From IMG/VR virus record IMGVR_UViG_3300033145_003080, positions 32,001-96,000 of that record: a stretch of 64,000 nucleotides of DNA, one strand, 5' to 3'. This document shows positions 8,465 through 19,443 of the stretch, piece by piece. The notes under the pieces are model-generated. The model had not been told where the DNA came from and did not search any database. It saw only the letters and a list, made by a program, of their open reading frames with translations. Origin of the DNA: a virus. A program made the translations under genes and the position numbers. The stretch's first letter is position 1; each line of letters starts with the position of its first letter.

Positions 8465-10483
8465 TTAAAAGTTTATTTTAATAGTACGAGAAAAACTCCC
8501 GGATAACTTACACAGGACAGAACTGCTTTTGGTACTCGAAAAACCCAGGCCGCTCAATTGATTATCAGACTCTTCGGCCTTAAGCTTCGAACCAAGTACC
8601 TCAAACACCTTCCGGTGCTCAGTTAACTCATTACTGAGGAATTCATTGAAAAATCCCCTGGCTTTTTTCTCATTTTTACATCCATCGAGAATGAAAAATA
8701 CATGACGGTTACCGGTCTTATGCCCATCCCAGTGATTAGGAGAATTCATAATCATAGAAACCTTATGGAACTGATGGGTTGGTATGTTCCATACAGTTTT
8801 ACTGACTGTTGTGGATGGTAGCGATTTGGTAATCGTAATACCTTCTTTTCTTGAAAAGGTAAATATAGCGACCTCAACCCTTCCAGCCCCAGATACACGC
8901 TTGCTATAATGGAACTTATGAATATCCCCATCATATTCCATTTCAGCATCAAATCCGACATCGACATCTTCACGAGGAGAATAATTCTCTACGAAAAATA
9001 TGTATGTGCCCTCCTGCATTTTTGCCCTGTTGGTATACACGATATGCTCAACAGCTTCCCTTGATCCGTTGTCGCCTACATTCATATCAACATCCTGCTT
9101 ACCTGATGACGGATGGGTAATATTCCTATTGGAATAATAGATATGATTACCATTAGGCTCTTCAAGGTGTATATCAAGATCATCATAATTAAACCATCCA
9201 AGAGTAAGGCCCAAAACCCCACTAATATTTCCACCGGCCTTCTTAACTCTTTCCCTCATAGAGTCAGCAACCTCTCCATTGTAAGCCCAGGAGAAATTGT
9301 TATGCCATCGAAAAATACTCTTCGTACCAAGTTGCATCGGTGCGATCAGGCTCATGAGATTATTTATATGCCTGTTTTCAAACATTAGCTCAACAGTATC
9401 GACGTTTGGAAGAATATCTTTTATAAAATTATCAATACCAATCTCTTCCACCTTGCTAAACTTTTTTGCATCGACAGCAACCTCACTCTCAAGAACATCA
9501 AGTGCCCCCATCGATTTCTTGGCCTCACGATCAGCAAAGATAACATTATTGACAGTGATATCATCAACGATCGCGAATCTCCTCTGGAGAGAGTTCTCAA
9601 TACCGAGCTCGGCAACTTTCTTCTGTGCCTCAGCTATCATCCCTTTGGTGATCAATGCAGTTGGCCTTTTATAATTCTCCGGAGCCACCTTCGATTCGAA
9701 CATACGTACAGCATCATCAAGCTCTACATTATTAGATATATCAACAAGCAATGTTCCAATGACAGAATTTCTCATTCTGGATGAACCACCAAGCCTGAGT
9801 GATGTTGTCCAGCAATAAATATCGAGATCTTCTTCCAGAACTAAATCGAACTTCTTTTTTTCAGCAATAAAAAGCTCAACTGTATCCTTATGCTCTTCAC
9901 CGCGATATAGCGAATTTTGCTCAATAAGGTCAAGACATGTTTCCGCCGCAGATAATGATATTTCATTCATCGCCTTCAAGTACATCTCCTTATTAGTTCT
10001 CAGGCTGGATAAGACGGTACCTATCTCATCATTCGGTTTAACAACATCTGCAGGGAGTTTTAAAAAAAAATGTCCCCACCGCATAGTTTCACCATCGTCG
10101 AGCATTTGGGTATTATAATCAGTACCGACAGTGTTTTGGTAATAGAAGAATGCATCCCTGATCGGTTTTGATTTTACTACATTTGACAATTCGTTAGCAA
10201 CAACCTTATAGGGCCCGTCTATTTCGATATCCCATATTGATACTAACTTATTGTCAACTATAGAAACTACGTGTCCACATGCTCTTATGAAATGCTTGCA
10301 TGATTGACAGTCGTATTCAACACGCTCTCTGAACATTTTATTTATTCCTTCAGGGAAGCTTCCGAGATAGGTGTTCCACAACGTGTCTTTCTCAACATTT
10401 ACGACAAATAATTTTTGATTCCTCATAGAATCAAATTGTTTTTGAACCGCAAGTTTAAAATCTTTAAAATTTAATCCTTCCAT
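8465..10483 (-). CDS. conserved jumbo-phage protein with C-terminal YfaP/DUF2135-like domain
   Basis: 672 aa; YDCQSCKHF near the N-terminus; DDLDIHLEEPNG..YY..G.QDVD.N..EAVE in the C-terminal half. Confidence 0.7.
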   Translation of the reverse strand: MEGLNFKDFKLAVQKQFDSMRNQKLFVVNVEKDTLWNTYLGSFPEGINKMFRERVEYDCQSCKHFIRACGHVVSIVDNKLVSIWDIEIDGPYKVVANELSNVVKSKPIRDAFFYYQNTVGTDYNTQMLDDGETMRWGHFFLKLPADVVKPNDEIGTVLSSLRTNKEMYLKAMNEISLSAAETCLDLIEQNSLYRGEEHKDTVELFIAEKKKFDLVLEEDLDIYCWTTSLRLGGSSRMRNSVIGTLLVDISNNVELDDAVRMFESKVAPENYKRPTALITKGMIAEAQKKVAELGIENSLQRRFAIVDDITVNNVIFADREAKKSMGALDVLESEVAVDAKKFSKVEEIGIDNFIKDILPNVDTVELMFENRHINNLMSLIAPMQLGTKSIFRWHNNFSWAYNGEVADSMRERVKKAGGNISGVLGLTLGWFNYDDLDIHLEEPNGNHIYYSNRNITHPSSGKQDVDMNVGDNGSREAVEHIVYTNRAKMQEGTYIFFVENYSPREDVDVGFDAEMEYDGDIHKFHYSKRVSGAGRVEVAIFTFSRKEGITITKSLPSTTVSKTVWNIPTHQFHKVSMIMNSPNHWDGHKTGNRHVFFILDGCKNEKKARGFFNEFLSNELTEHRKVFEVLGSKLKAEESDNQLSGLGFSSTKSSSVLCKLSGSFSRTIKINF

Positions 10484-10571
10484 ATTGTTAACCTATCCTT
10501 GTTAAATTAGTATGAATTATAAAAGTAAAGGGCTATTACGCCCTTTAATATGAATTAATCTCTACAAAATG

Positions 10572-10600
10572 GTTATACCAGAATAGGATTGGTTATAACG
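10572..10600 (-). promoter_or_regulatory. conserved phage promoter, copy 5 (CGTTAT-N17-TATAAC)
   Basis: Motif match with exact spacing. Confidence 0.75.
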
Positions 10601-10621
10601 AAATAAGAAAAACTTTCACTT

Positions 10622-10864
10622 TTACAAAAACTTTTTCTTGATTTTGCGGTAATAAGGAGGTAAGGTCACCCCACACGCTAAATGCTTTGCCCCACAATGA
10701 AGGCAAAGCTTACCAATTAGCCGAAGCGACCATGGGTACACTTTAGATATAGATCTACAGAATGGGCATTTAATAAATTCATGTTTACTATCAGTATCGA
10801 TTTTATATCTATCATGTACCAAAGAAGCTTGATAAAAGTGGAGTACCAAATTGCGGAGATTCAT
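10622..10864 (-). CDS. small Zn-finger protein
   Basis: CPFC...CLHC; GGAGG RBS. Confidence 0.55.
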   Translation of the reverse strand: MNLRNLVLHFYQASLVHDRYKIDTDSKHEFIKCPFCRSISKVYPWSLRLIGKLCLHCGAKHLACGVTLPPYYRKIKKKFL

Positions 10865-11333
10865 CTGAATCGCCTCCTAATGGGTAAAATTTATTGTTCA
10901 ATATGTAAAACCTATTGCCCGAATCACTGTCACCAGAAATTGCCAACCCACCATCAGCATTTGAACCAGTAATAGACGACATACTACATTCAGAAGAACC
11001 AAAATCAACACCCGTAAATATTCCATCCATATACCGTCTGAATCTTTCATTTACAGGATTCATTAACATTTCGCCAGGAAGCATGTCATTATTTCTATTT
11101 GTCCGACGGGCCGTTCTGTTCCCTGAATGGTTTGCATAACCTTCTGCAAGGGGTGGTTTACAAAATTCTGCAAGGTACTCATTTGCAAAAACAGGCGTAC
11201 CTGCCTCATCAAGAAAGTCTGCAAATTCTTTCCATAATCCACCCCAACTGTTGAGTCCAATTCCGTTCACCATTCTATCTTTGCGAACAAAACCAACATC
11301 TGATTCAACCCAATTTTTGAGAATTGTTTCCAT
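10812..11333 (-). CDS. hypothetical protein
   Basis: Coupled to the helicase stop codon. Confidence 0.6.
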   Translation of the reverse strand: METILKNWVESDVGFVRKDRMVNGIGLNSWGGLWKEFADFLDEAGTPVFANEYLAEFCKPPLAEGYANHSGNRTARRTNRNNDMLPGEMLMNPVNERFRRYMDGIFTGVDFGSSECSMSSITGSNADGGLAISGDSDSGNRFYILNNKFYPLGGDSDESPQFGTPLLSSFFGT

Positions 11334-11335
11334 AG

Positions 11336-12925
11336 TTACTCCTGGATAGCATCAATAAAATATCTAGGAAAAAACCTTTTGTTTCGGATAAGAAAACCTC
11401 TGAAAGCTGAATCTAATATGTAAATATGGCACCAATCGTCTTTATGACGAACACCGCGGCCGGTTACCTGCACAAGTGTTAAAGCAGCTTTCCATACATA
11501 CCATCCCGGGTCTATCTCCTTCCTCCGTTTAATCTGAGGATCTCCAAGAAATGCAAATGGAATCTTCGCAACTATAATAAATCGGGCAAGATCGTCTTTT
11601 AAATCAATTCCCTCACTGAGCGATGGCGATATCATCACCTTCGGCTGTTTATGGGTAATAAAATAAGACAATGCCTGGCCCCGGTCACCGCCATCATGAC
11701 CAATTAATCGGCTTTTATACTTAGGTTCTATTTTATCATTAATATACCTTGATATTTTAAAACTATGAGTATAAATTAGTCCTTTATGGTCCTTGTGCAC
11801 ATCCATTATGTCAGAGATGTCTTTCGTAATAAAGGGGAGGGTCTCTTCTATATTGGTATAACTCATCGAACCGGTATTAATAAAGAATATTTTACGCCCA
11901 TCCGGAGGAAACGTGGAAGGAACCCGGTAGAATACAGCCTCCCCTTCCGGTATGCCAAGGTTCTTGCAAAAATTTACCTTATCCAATATAGTGGCAGACA
12001 TCAACATATGCTTATCACCATAATTAAATAAAAGCTCTTTTGCGTATGGGGCTACCGTGACCGGTTTGAAAAATATCTGATCATGGTCACTATTATTTTT
12101 ATCCCTCTTTAGGTCATGAATCCACTCATTCTCATTAGAAGTCTCGAAGAACTTTTTTATCTTCAATATCTGCGTTTCAAGCCGAGTGTTTATATTATGC
12201 AGGCGCTTAATACTTTCGATGATAGTGTCGCCACCAGAATTGGCATTTTGGAATTTTATTTTCAATTCACCAATAGCACTTTCATTCGATACCACCTCTC
12301 CGGCAAATAATTCAGATAACTGCTTGAGCCATGAATGATAATCTTCAACCTTTTCGTAATCCGGAATGTCAGATATCGAACCAAGTTTTCTTAAATATTT
12401 CGATGTAAACTTTATTTCAACAAAGTTCATTAACTCTTTATCGACACCGTGAGCTTCATCATAAATTATCATGTTTACTGGTGGAAATATCTTCGCATAA
12501 TAGGTCGCATATAAAAAATAGGTATAATTCATCAGTGCGATTTTTGAATTCAAAGCTATTTTCTTTGCAGTCTCATATGGACACGAACTCGGATCCGGAC
12601 ACCTACCAACTGTGCAAAAACCATCATCACACGTGCTGTCTTCCATCTGTTCGCATGGATAATTACTCCTACCCATCAATTCGGCAAAGTCAGGAGAGCC
12701 ATAATCGTGAACATACTGAGTCTGCAAAACTTTTTGAGATGTTAATAAGTACGAAGGTGCAAAATGCATACCCATCGTAATCGCCATAGGTGATTTGCCA
12801 GATCCGCATGGTGCTTCTAAAATTATATATTTAGAACCGTCATTATAAGCCTTTTCCATCGTGAGGATGGTTGGTTTTTGGAATTGACGGTAAGTGTCGT
12901 GCGGGAAATGTGTTAAAATAGTCAA
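11336..12925 (-). CDS. DinG/Rad3/XPD-family DNA helicase (Fe-S cluster type)
   Basis: EAPCGSGKS (Walker A), Cys cluster, DEAH, MSAT, SEGIDL, QVTGRGVRHKDD. Confidence 0.92.
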   Translation of the reverse strand: MTILTHFPHDTYRQFQKPTILTMEKAYNDGSKYIILEAPCGSGKSPMAITMGMHFAPSYLLTSQKVLQTQYVHDYGSPDFAELMGRSNYPCEQMEDSTCDDGFCTVGRCPDPSSCPYETAKKIALNSKIALMNYTYFLYATYYAKIFPPVNMIIYDEAHGVDKELMNFVEIKFTSKYLRKLGSISDIPDYEKVEDYHSWLKQLSELFAGEVVSNESAIGELKIKFQNANSGGDTIIESIKRLHNINTRLETQILKIKKFFETSNENEWIHDLKRDKNNSDHDQIFFKPVTVAPYAKELLFNYGDKHMLMSATILDKVNFCKNLGIPEGEAVFYRVPSTFPPDGRKIFFINTGSMSYTNIEETLPFITKDISDIMDVHKDHKGLIYTHSFKISRYINDKIEPKYKSRLIGHDGGDRGQALSYFITHKQPKVMISPSLSEGIDLKDDLARFIIVAKIPFAFLGDPQIKRRKEIDPGWYVWKAALTLVQVTGRGVRHKDDWCHIYILDSAFRGFLIRNKRFFPRYFIDAIQE

Positions 12926-13233
12926 AACTTTTTATCCTCCTGTAAATTATTTGAATTTGTTTAATATCATTTGTCATTTGGCACCATAATTTATTCACTC
13001 TCTTTATTTATTAATAGTTACCCGCTAGCTTTATTAGTTGGCGTAGAAAATTGCCTCCATAGCGTTCCGGGCGTGCCCCACAACAGGAGTTAGCGACATA
13101 TAATATAAGCCCGTATACAGGCTGTCCATTATTAATAGTCACCGGCTGGTGCGTTCTCCACATCCATCCACAAGAATTGAACTCGTTAACACGCCCTATA
13201 ACCATAAAAGCAATTTCCTATATTAACCAATAA

Positions 13234-13803
13234 TTACTCATCAGCAGAACTAATATCTCTGAAATGGTCCTGATGTTTTTCTTCACCATGGTTACCTAAC
13301 TGTTCAAGAACTTCTCCAAAATTACCGTAGAACCTTTCTCCGCATAGTTTACAATCACCATAACCATTTTCAACAGTCTGGCCGACCATATTAATTATAT
13401 CAACCATTGTTTCTCTGGCTTCTTTTGTAGGTCCTTTGCGGATTATTTTAAATATAGGAAAGTGTTTATCAACCGTATCTCCAGAAACCTGTTCCCACAT
13501 TTCTTGATTAATCCTTGCCGGCATTGTCCATCCACAATCACCACCACTATGGCACGCATAAGTGCCACCAGGATGTTCTGTAAACCGCTCATAATAAACC
13601 TCATCACTACCACATTTTGGACACTTCTCAGGATGTGGATGCATAGTTTCTAGTCCGACCCACGGGTTACCTCCCTTTGCCCATCCAACTTTGAATTTCG
13701 TATTTTTACAATACGCATGCAGCGCAAGCGATACATTATCCGGATTCAACCATAACGGATCATCCGGCGTATCATATTCAATTATAATCGCTATTTTAGG
13801 CAT
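13234..13803 (-). CDS. hypothetical Zn-ribbon protein
   Basis: CPKCG and CKLCG motifs. Confidence 0.65.
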   Translation of the reverse strand: MPKIAIIIEYDTPDDPLWLNPDNVSLALHAYCKNTKFKVGWAKGGNPWVGLETMHPHPEKCPKCGSDEVYYERFTEHPGGTYACHSGGDCGWTMPARINQEMWEQVSGDTVDKHFPIFKIIRKGPTKEARETMVDIINMVGQTVENGYGDCKLCGERFYGNFGEVLEQLGNHGEEKHQDHFRDISSADE

Positions 13804-13849
13804 AAAGTTCCCTTGTTATTATTTATAAAAAACGATAATGTATTAATCG

Positions 13850-14404
13850 CTAATTTTCTTTTTTCTTAGCATCTTTGTAATACTGCGGCTCAAGTGTCGG
13901 CTCTTCAGTGTGTGCCTCTACACCGCTGTTCAGTCTGAGAAAATTACCCGAGCCGATTGATGGCCCGTTTGGTAGGTGAACGAATTCGACACAACCATCT
14001 ATCTTTTCGTCCAAGGCTAATGGAATTAGCCAATTTAAATTGTATATACATGACCCGTCGATACAGAATCCTATATCTCCTCGGCCGCGTATATTGCTTT
14101 TTACTATTGTTTCGGTCTCTACAGTCTTAGCATCCTTGAATGCTTTACAATCAGCTGCTGTATAAAACGATACACTGAAATTTACATTATCTGTTATAAC
14201 AGCGAATTTCCTCCAATCTTCATAATGAACACCAGCCTCTTCTTCAAACTCGCGTATCATGGCATTTAATTCACACTCTCCACCTTTCACCTTGCCCCCT
14301 ACACCATTTAATGCCCCGAGCTGCCATGCTGGTTTTTGTTTTCTAATGAGTACAACATTACTCATCAGCTGATTAAACATAAATCCGACTACATAATTTT
14401 TCAT
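13850..14404 (-). CDS. NUDIX hydrolase
   Basis: GGKVKGGECELNAMIREFEEEAG Nudix box. Confidence 0.88.
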   Translation of the reverse strand: MKNYVVGFMFNQLMSNVVLIRKQKPAWQLGALNGVGGKVKGGECELNAMIREFEEEAGVHYEDWRKFAVITDNVNFSVSFYTAADCKAFKDAKTVETETIVKSNIRGRGDIGFCIDGSCIYNLNWLIPLALDEKIDGCVEFVHLPNGPSIGSGNFLRLNSGVEAHTEEPTLEPQYYKDAKKKEN

Positions 14405-14413
14405 ATACCTTCT

Positions 14414-15136
14414 TTACTTTATTAACTTAATTCCTTCTCGATATTTCTCTTTTGTTCTTTTGTTCACTCTCAATGGCGTTTCTACAGCCTTTTCAACTGA
14501 CCATCCGCAATCATTAATTCTTACAGATAGTGTTTTTGGTGATATGTTAATTACATCAGCCAAATCTGGAAGTGTATAATTTTTACCTTTATAATTTAAA
14601 ATTTTATTAAATCTGGTATTTCTTGATTGTTCTTTTTGTGTTGCCCATCGGCAATTTGATGGCTCATAATTACCACTATTATTAACTCTATCTATTGTGT
14701 GGTTGTTACTTGACGGGAAGCCCATGTCGTATATGAAATTCATAAACTTTTTAGAATTAAATTTTATACTATTTTTATCAGCCCATCTATTACAAATTGA
14801 TATACCTCTCCCACCATAATTAATCCAACTGTCATCTTTTTTATCAAAACACCTTCTAAGCATACTATTATATCTAGTATATAATTTATGATTTGTAAAT
14901 CTGTGTGTTGAGCGATTTGTTAAAAGCTTACTTTTATAACAGCCACATGATTTTGTATGGCCAGATGCCAAATTGCATTTTTTAACTTTTATAATAGCGC
15001 CACATTTACACATACATATAAATTTACTTGGTATATATTTTTTATTTCCTGACGCATACCTCTCTCCGGTATATACTGGTTTAATGTATTTAATTAATTT
15101 AAGATACCCAATAGTATCACCAATCTTAAAATTCAA
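14414..15136 (-). CDS. HNH homing endonuclease
   Basis: YGGRGISICNRW...TIDRVNNSGNYEPSNCRWAT..EQSRN; AT-rich insertion. Confidence 0.88.
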   Translation of the reverse strand: MNFKIGDTIGYLKLIKYIKPVYTGERYASGNKKYIPSKFICMCKCGAIIKVKKCNLASGHTKSCGCYKSKLLTNRSTHRFTNHKLYTRYNSMLRRCFDKKDDSWINYGGRGISICNRWADKNSIKFNSKKFMNFIYDMGFPSSNNHTIDRVNNSGNYEPSNCRWATQKEQSRNTRFNKILNYKGKNYTLPDLADVINISPKTLSVRINDCGWSVEKAVETPLRVNKRTKEKYREGIKLIK

Positions 15137-15227
15137 GGTTATTCCTTTCTTTTATATATTAAAAAAACAGGGAGGCGGCTCGTGTGACCGTTTCCCCATT
15201 CCCACTAGAAAGAAGATAGTCCCTAAC

Positions 15228-16133
15228 CTATTTTCTTCTCCACTTGCCATTAATATACTCAAATATCATTTTGTCTTTATAACTGATTGTCGGAGCACCT
15301 GCTACTATTTCGACAATTTTATATCCCTGCGGAAGAGGCATGAGATATTTATCACCATTCACACTGGCAATAACTGTTTCTATATCAAGAAAATAATCGC
15401 GGATCTCAACATTAACCATCCCCTGGCCACGAACTTTTTCATATGATGCTGTAAAACCGGCAACCTCATACATTTCACTGCGATCAATTTGAACCTGCCC
15501 GCCTGGTTTAAGTTGTTCACCTTCCGGCTTCCCCCTGCTATGGAATTGATTACCAGTGGTTCTGTTCCGTGCTATTCCACCTTCCTGTGGAGTGTCTGAT
15601 CTGGCATCCTGGGTCTGTTCAGTATCAAATCCAGGTTTTTGTGACTGGGATAAAACCTGTGCTTCGACCGTTTTATTCAAATCAATACCGGTACCTTCTT
15701 CTATTGCCGGAAACGAGGTTTCACCTTTGGGTTCTTCCCCCTCTGTTGCGTCATCTACAATAGGAATATCTTCCACTACCGGTTCGGCAACAGCATCTTC
15801 AAGACTCGGTCCGACTTTTTTATCCTCATCCTCGTCAGCCATCTGCTTAAGCAGTTCGTCAGCCGGCGGGACAACAGGTTCATCTTCCCCGGGCGGCGCC
15901 GGCGTTGTGAGCTCTACCGCATCATCGCTCGGCAGCTCAACATCAGATTCATCGATCATACCGTCATCAGCTTCCTGCGTGGCCTCCTGCTGATCCTGAC
16001 TATCATCAGGGTGCGGCTGCTTTTCCTGCACATCATCATCATCTTTTTCATTCTCTGCAGGCTGATTGCTCTCCGGAGGTGTATATTCTCCCTCACCATC
16101 CAGATGTGGTTCACCAGCATTTAAATCGTTCAA
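15228..16133 (-). CDS. highly acidic, low-complexity protein with a small C-terminal domain
   Basis: About 190 N-terminal residues rich in D/E/P. Confidence 0.75.
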   Translation of the reverse strand: MNDLNAGEPHLDGEGEYTPPESNQPAENEKDDDDVQEKQPHPDDSQDQQEATQEADDGMIDESDVELPSDDAVELTTPAPPGEDEPVVPPADELLKQMADEDEDKKVGPSLEDAVAEPVVEDIPIVDDATEGEEPKGETSFPAIEEGTGIDLNKTVEAQVLSQSQKPGFDTEQTQDARSDTPQEGGIARNRTTGNQFHSRGKPEGEQLKPGGQVQIDRSEMYEVAGFTASYEKVRGQGMVNVEIRDYFLDIETVIASVNGDKYLMPLPQGYKIVEIVAGAPTISYKDKMIFEYINGKWRRK

Positions 16134-16471
16134 GAGTTCTCCTTCTTTACAATTTGTTGAATATCAATCCATACATTTGGCATTTCATCAACCAATATAG
16201 GATTTTTTACTATTATATAAATGGGAAATTCAAGAGTGATAATTCCAGTTCGATCGACGAACCCAACTTCACAGTCTTTACTCAGACTCTTTCTAAGTAT
16301 AATAAGTAATTCTTCATTATTTATTATATCTTCATGCGATTTAACATGATACTCGCTCTTAAGGCTTCCGTTCAGATAAACTATCCTGACATCAAATCCG
16401 TGGAACGACTCATACCCATAGGTAATATTTTCTGGATTAACTTTCAATTTCTTGCCGAATGGATGGTCCAT
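16130..16471 (-). CDS. hypothetical protein
   Basis: ORF in operon context. Confidence 0.65.
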   Translation of the reverse strand: MDHPFGKKLKVNPENITYGYESFHGFDVRIVYLNGSLKSEYHVKSHEDIINNEELLIILRKSLSKDCEVGFVDRTGIITLEFPIYIIVKNPILVDEMPNVWIDIQQIVKKENS

Positions 16472-16649
16472 CCCCTGTCCCTCCTAATTCAATACAAAAC
16501 TGTTCGGGTTTTTCGATATATGCATTTGCAAAAGCAGATAGAACGAGCTGCATGGATTTATGGTTCTGTTTCTTCACAGTCTGTTTAAACTCTCTCCTTT
16601 TACCCCGGGGAAGTTTTAAATTTACTGTGACAATATCATTATCAGTCAT
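16437..16649 (-). CDS. ribbon-helix-helix-like DNA-binding protein
   Basis: VTVNLKLP..KRREFK...SMQLVLSAF..AY pattern. Confidence 0.55.
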   Translation of the reverse strand: MTDNDIVTVNLKLPRGKRREFKQTVKKQNHKSMQLVLSAFANAYIEKPEQFCIELGGTGDGPSIRQEIES

Positions 16650-16746
16650 ACTTCACCTGCTGGTATATGGAAAAAATACAGATAAAATCTACATTTCTTA
16701 ATATACTACAATTTCTTAAAAAAAACTAATACTTTTTCATATATTT

Positions 16747-17550
16747 TTACCCAGTACTTTCAACCACCTCGGCAGGCTCAACTTTTTCTTTATCATCCAG
16801 CAGCTCAACATGGCCAATACTATCTATTCTAATCATATGGCTGAGGTTCTGACCTTCACACATCAAAATATATTTATTATTAACATTTAAACGATCAAAT
16901 TCACCGACATATGTATTACCATCAGTCTCAAAGATCCTGTAAAACTCACCAGTTTTCATCTGAACACCCTTAATGGTGGTAATATACTCATATTGTCGAT
17001 CGTTTTTCGTTGCAGGTATAATATTAGCAATATCATTAACATTAATTCTGCTACTCACATTGCCCGCCCACGAGACCACTTGGTCTGCCACTTCATCGTA
17101 ATGATGGAATATACCATTAAACCAACCGTTGTCTTTTAATTGTATTTCATATATTTCACCCTGAACCATATGGGTACCAAACATAGTGATTTCAGCAACA
17201 AACCCACTACCGGTTGCCCTTTCTCCATCTTCTTCATCATCTTCACAATCTTGATAATGATCACCCCTTCCTCCATACCTCCTCCTCACCATTTCACGGT
17301 CATCCATTTCCTCCTGCACCATTTCACGTTTCCATGGAATATATGCGAGCAATACAGTTATCACCGGACAATCATCAGGACAGTCACACTGCCCTCCCAG
17401 ACAGCAGGCGTCTTGTCTGATATTGTTCCCCGCTCCCATTTGGTCATTTTCTAATTCAGCAATATCATCATAATGGGGACATGGCAAATTTCTTAATTCT
17501 TCGAATATTTTGCGCGCCCCTTCCGGAACGGCGTTACCTTTTAAAAACAA
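16747..17550 (-). CDS. hypothetical protein (Cys-rich N-terminus, repeated small beta domains)
   Basis: ORF; two similar G.F..y.I......G.F units. Confidence 0.65.
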   Translation of the reverse strand: MFLKGNAVPEGARKIFEELRNLPCPHYDDIAELENDQMGAGNNIRQDACCLGGQCDCPDDCPVITVLLAYIPWKREMVQEEMDDREMVRRRYGGRGDHYQDCEDDEEDGERATGSGFVAEITMFGTHMVQGEIYEIQLKDNGWFNGIFHHYDEVADQVVSWAGNVSSRINVNDIANIIPATKNDRQYEYITTIKGVQMKTGEFYRIFETDGNTYVGEFDRLNVNNKYILMCEGQNLSHMIRIDSIGHVELLDDKEKVEPAEVVESTG

Positions 17551-17949
17551 TTATTTCCCCCTTTTTTTTCTCATAAAGTTTATAGTGCCAATTTTAAATA
17601 CTTCAGCGACATCTTTTATATTCCATCCCATTTTGTGGATGCTACCAATCACCCCGTCGATAAAATCATACAATTTAGTCCTAAGTTCATCAATCGGCCT
17701 TCCATGCCTGATAAACCGACGTATTAATTCACTGAAATCATATGGATCTATTTTTTCATTCAATTCGAGATAGTAATCAGCCATTATTTCAGCAACTGTT
17801 TTATCATCAATCTCAAAACACTGGCCCACGATGTTTCTTAATTTAGCTGCCAGGGCCATACTTATTCTTGTGCGATAGATCTTACCGACTATTTGCCTAA
17901 TACATTTGCAGGAATAGTCATAAGGGTATAGCTTTTCATTTTTTTTCAA
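17551..17949 (-). CDS. hypothetical protein
   Basis: ORF with AGGAG RBS. Confidence 0.6.
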   Translation of the reverse strand: MKKNEKLYPYDYSCKCIRQIVGKIYRTRISMALAAKLRNIVGQCFEIDDKTVAEIMADYYLELNEKIDPYDFSELIRRFIRHGRPIDELRTKLYDFIDGVIGSIHKMGWNIKDVAEVFKIGTINFMRKKRGK

Positions 17950-18239
17950 CTCAAACTCCTCATTTAAGCGATTAAAAATTTATGGATTACTTTACAAAGT
18001 GGCAAGGATTTACGAAAAATCAATGCCTTATTTTTCAGTATTTCTTGACGAAATAAGTGGTTTCATGTACCTGCAAGAATTGTGCCAAACTCATTTTAAG
18101 CGTTTAACAAAATCTAGATCCCATGATGACATAAAGTGCAAGTAAAGCTTGCGGGTTTGTCACTATAGATTTGGTGTAAACCCATTTTTCTTGTAACACT
18201 TTGGTTACACGATACATGAAAGTATTCATTTTGTCAAGC

Positions 18240-18410
18240 CATATATAAAGATAAGTTATTATTATATATATATATATATTTTTATATATATAATATAATA
18301 TTATATAATACATTGATATATAATTAATTATATAATTAATTGATTAATTATGTTCTATAAACATATAGAGATTGAATAATTAATTTTAAAAAATATAATT
18401 TAATGACAAA
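18240..18410. other. extremely AT-rich non-coding tract (candidate replication origin or DNA-unwinding element)
   Basis: (AT)n runs and AATTAATT repeats inside a ~640-bp gene-free gap. Confidence 0.4.
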
Positions 18411-18596
18411 TATGCAAGTAAAAAGGGTGTTTATATCAATAAGGGTATTTCCCTTACGTATATGTAAAAAAATTGGAACACAGTTATTTTTAGTTTAAGG
18501 ATTTTTACTCCGGCTAGAGGATAGCCGGTAATAAGTAATATATATCAAATCAAAATCCTGTGCAAGCTTTTTCTTTTAAGATATTCCAGTTAACCA

Positions 18597-18897
18597 TTAG
18601 TAGACAGCCTCAATCTCTCCTACCTGGACCTCAACCATATCACCGCCCCTCACACCGACATTTAAAGCCGGGGTATTGGCAATGGTACCTATCAATGTAC
18701 CTTCAACTGTCTTTTCAGATATAAGCACCCAGAGACGCTCCAGTTGGCCGGTATCAAACATCTTCAAAAGACCTTTTCACATAAATACCGATAAAATCAT
18801 CGACGGGCCAGAACCGGTATTTCTGATTAGGCTTTGGTACACAATTACCGCGGACCAGTGCTATATTACTAATATGTTCTTTTTTATTCACTTCCAT
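18597..18897 (-). pseudogene. DUF2314/YegJ-like gene broken by a +1 frameshift at GTT-TGA (~18754-18759)
   Basis: Removing one T joins YVKRSFEDV to DTGQLERLWVLI..GTIANTP..GDMVEV..EIE, which matches the family pattern. Confidence 0.6.
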
Positions 18898-18967
18898 TCT
18901 CCATTTAAAAAAAAGGTGAGGAATTAAACGTTTCCCCACCTATATTTCATAAAAGGCATCTTTTGTA

Positions 18968-19390
18968 TCAAATTATCAAATCAGTAACACTTTTCAAATA
19001 CCACCAAATCCTGGTATTATTTTCTATAGAATCGTATTCAAGGGTTAGGGTATCAGTTACTTTGTAATAAGTTGTATCCCCGGGGATTTTATATATATAA
19101 TAAGCACGCAGGATAACATTCTGATGTTCAGGCAGTGTTACTTGATAGTAGCTATGGGAAGTATCCCCAATACAATGTATTGCAAAAGGCCTTTCGTCTA
19201 TTGTAAAAGTGTTTTCAAGTACCCATATGGTATAGGTGCATTTAATACCATTGGGGTAACTTTTCGTTCGATGAAATTTAATTTCGACGTTCTTTTCATC
19301 AGAAACGTCCATTCTTGGCGATACAGGATCGCATAAACAAAAACTTAGCACTAAGGCTGTTAATATAATTTTAAACATAATCATTTCCAA
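18968..19390 (-). CDS. putative exported or lipoprotein
   Basis: Signal-peptide-like MFKIILTALVLSFCLC. Confidence 0.6.
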   Translation of the reverse strand: MEMIMFKIILTALVLSFCLCDPVSPRMDVSDEKNVEIKFHRTKSYPNGIKCTYTIWVLENTFTIDERPFAIHCIGDTSHSYYQVTLPEHQNVILRAYYIYKIPGDTTYYKVTDTLTLEYDSIENNTRIWWYLKSVTDLII

Positions 19391-19443
19391 TCTTCTCTTT
19401 TGAGAATTTATTATTTTGCGGAAGCGGTTTAATTATCCTCTAT

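Noticed and set aside
13011-13205. 64-aa ORF or attC-like inverted repeats
   Set aside because: No RBS, short imperfect repeats, single occurrence and no integrase
18104-18313. 69-aa ORF in the AT-rich tract
   Set aside because: Low-complexity Y/I translation of (AT)n DNA
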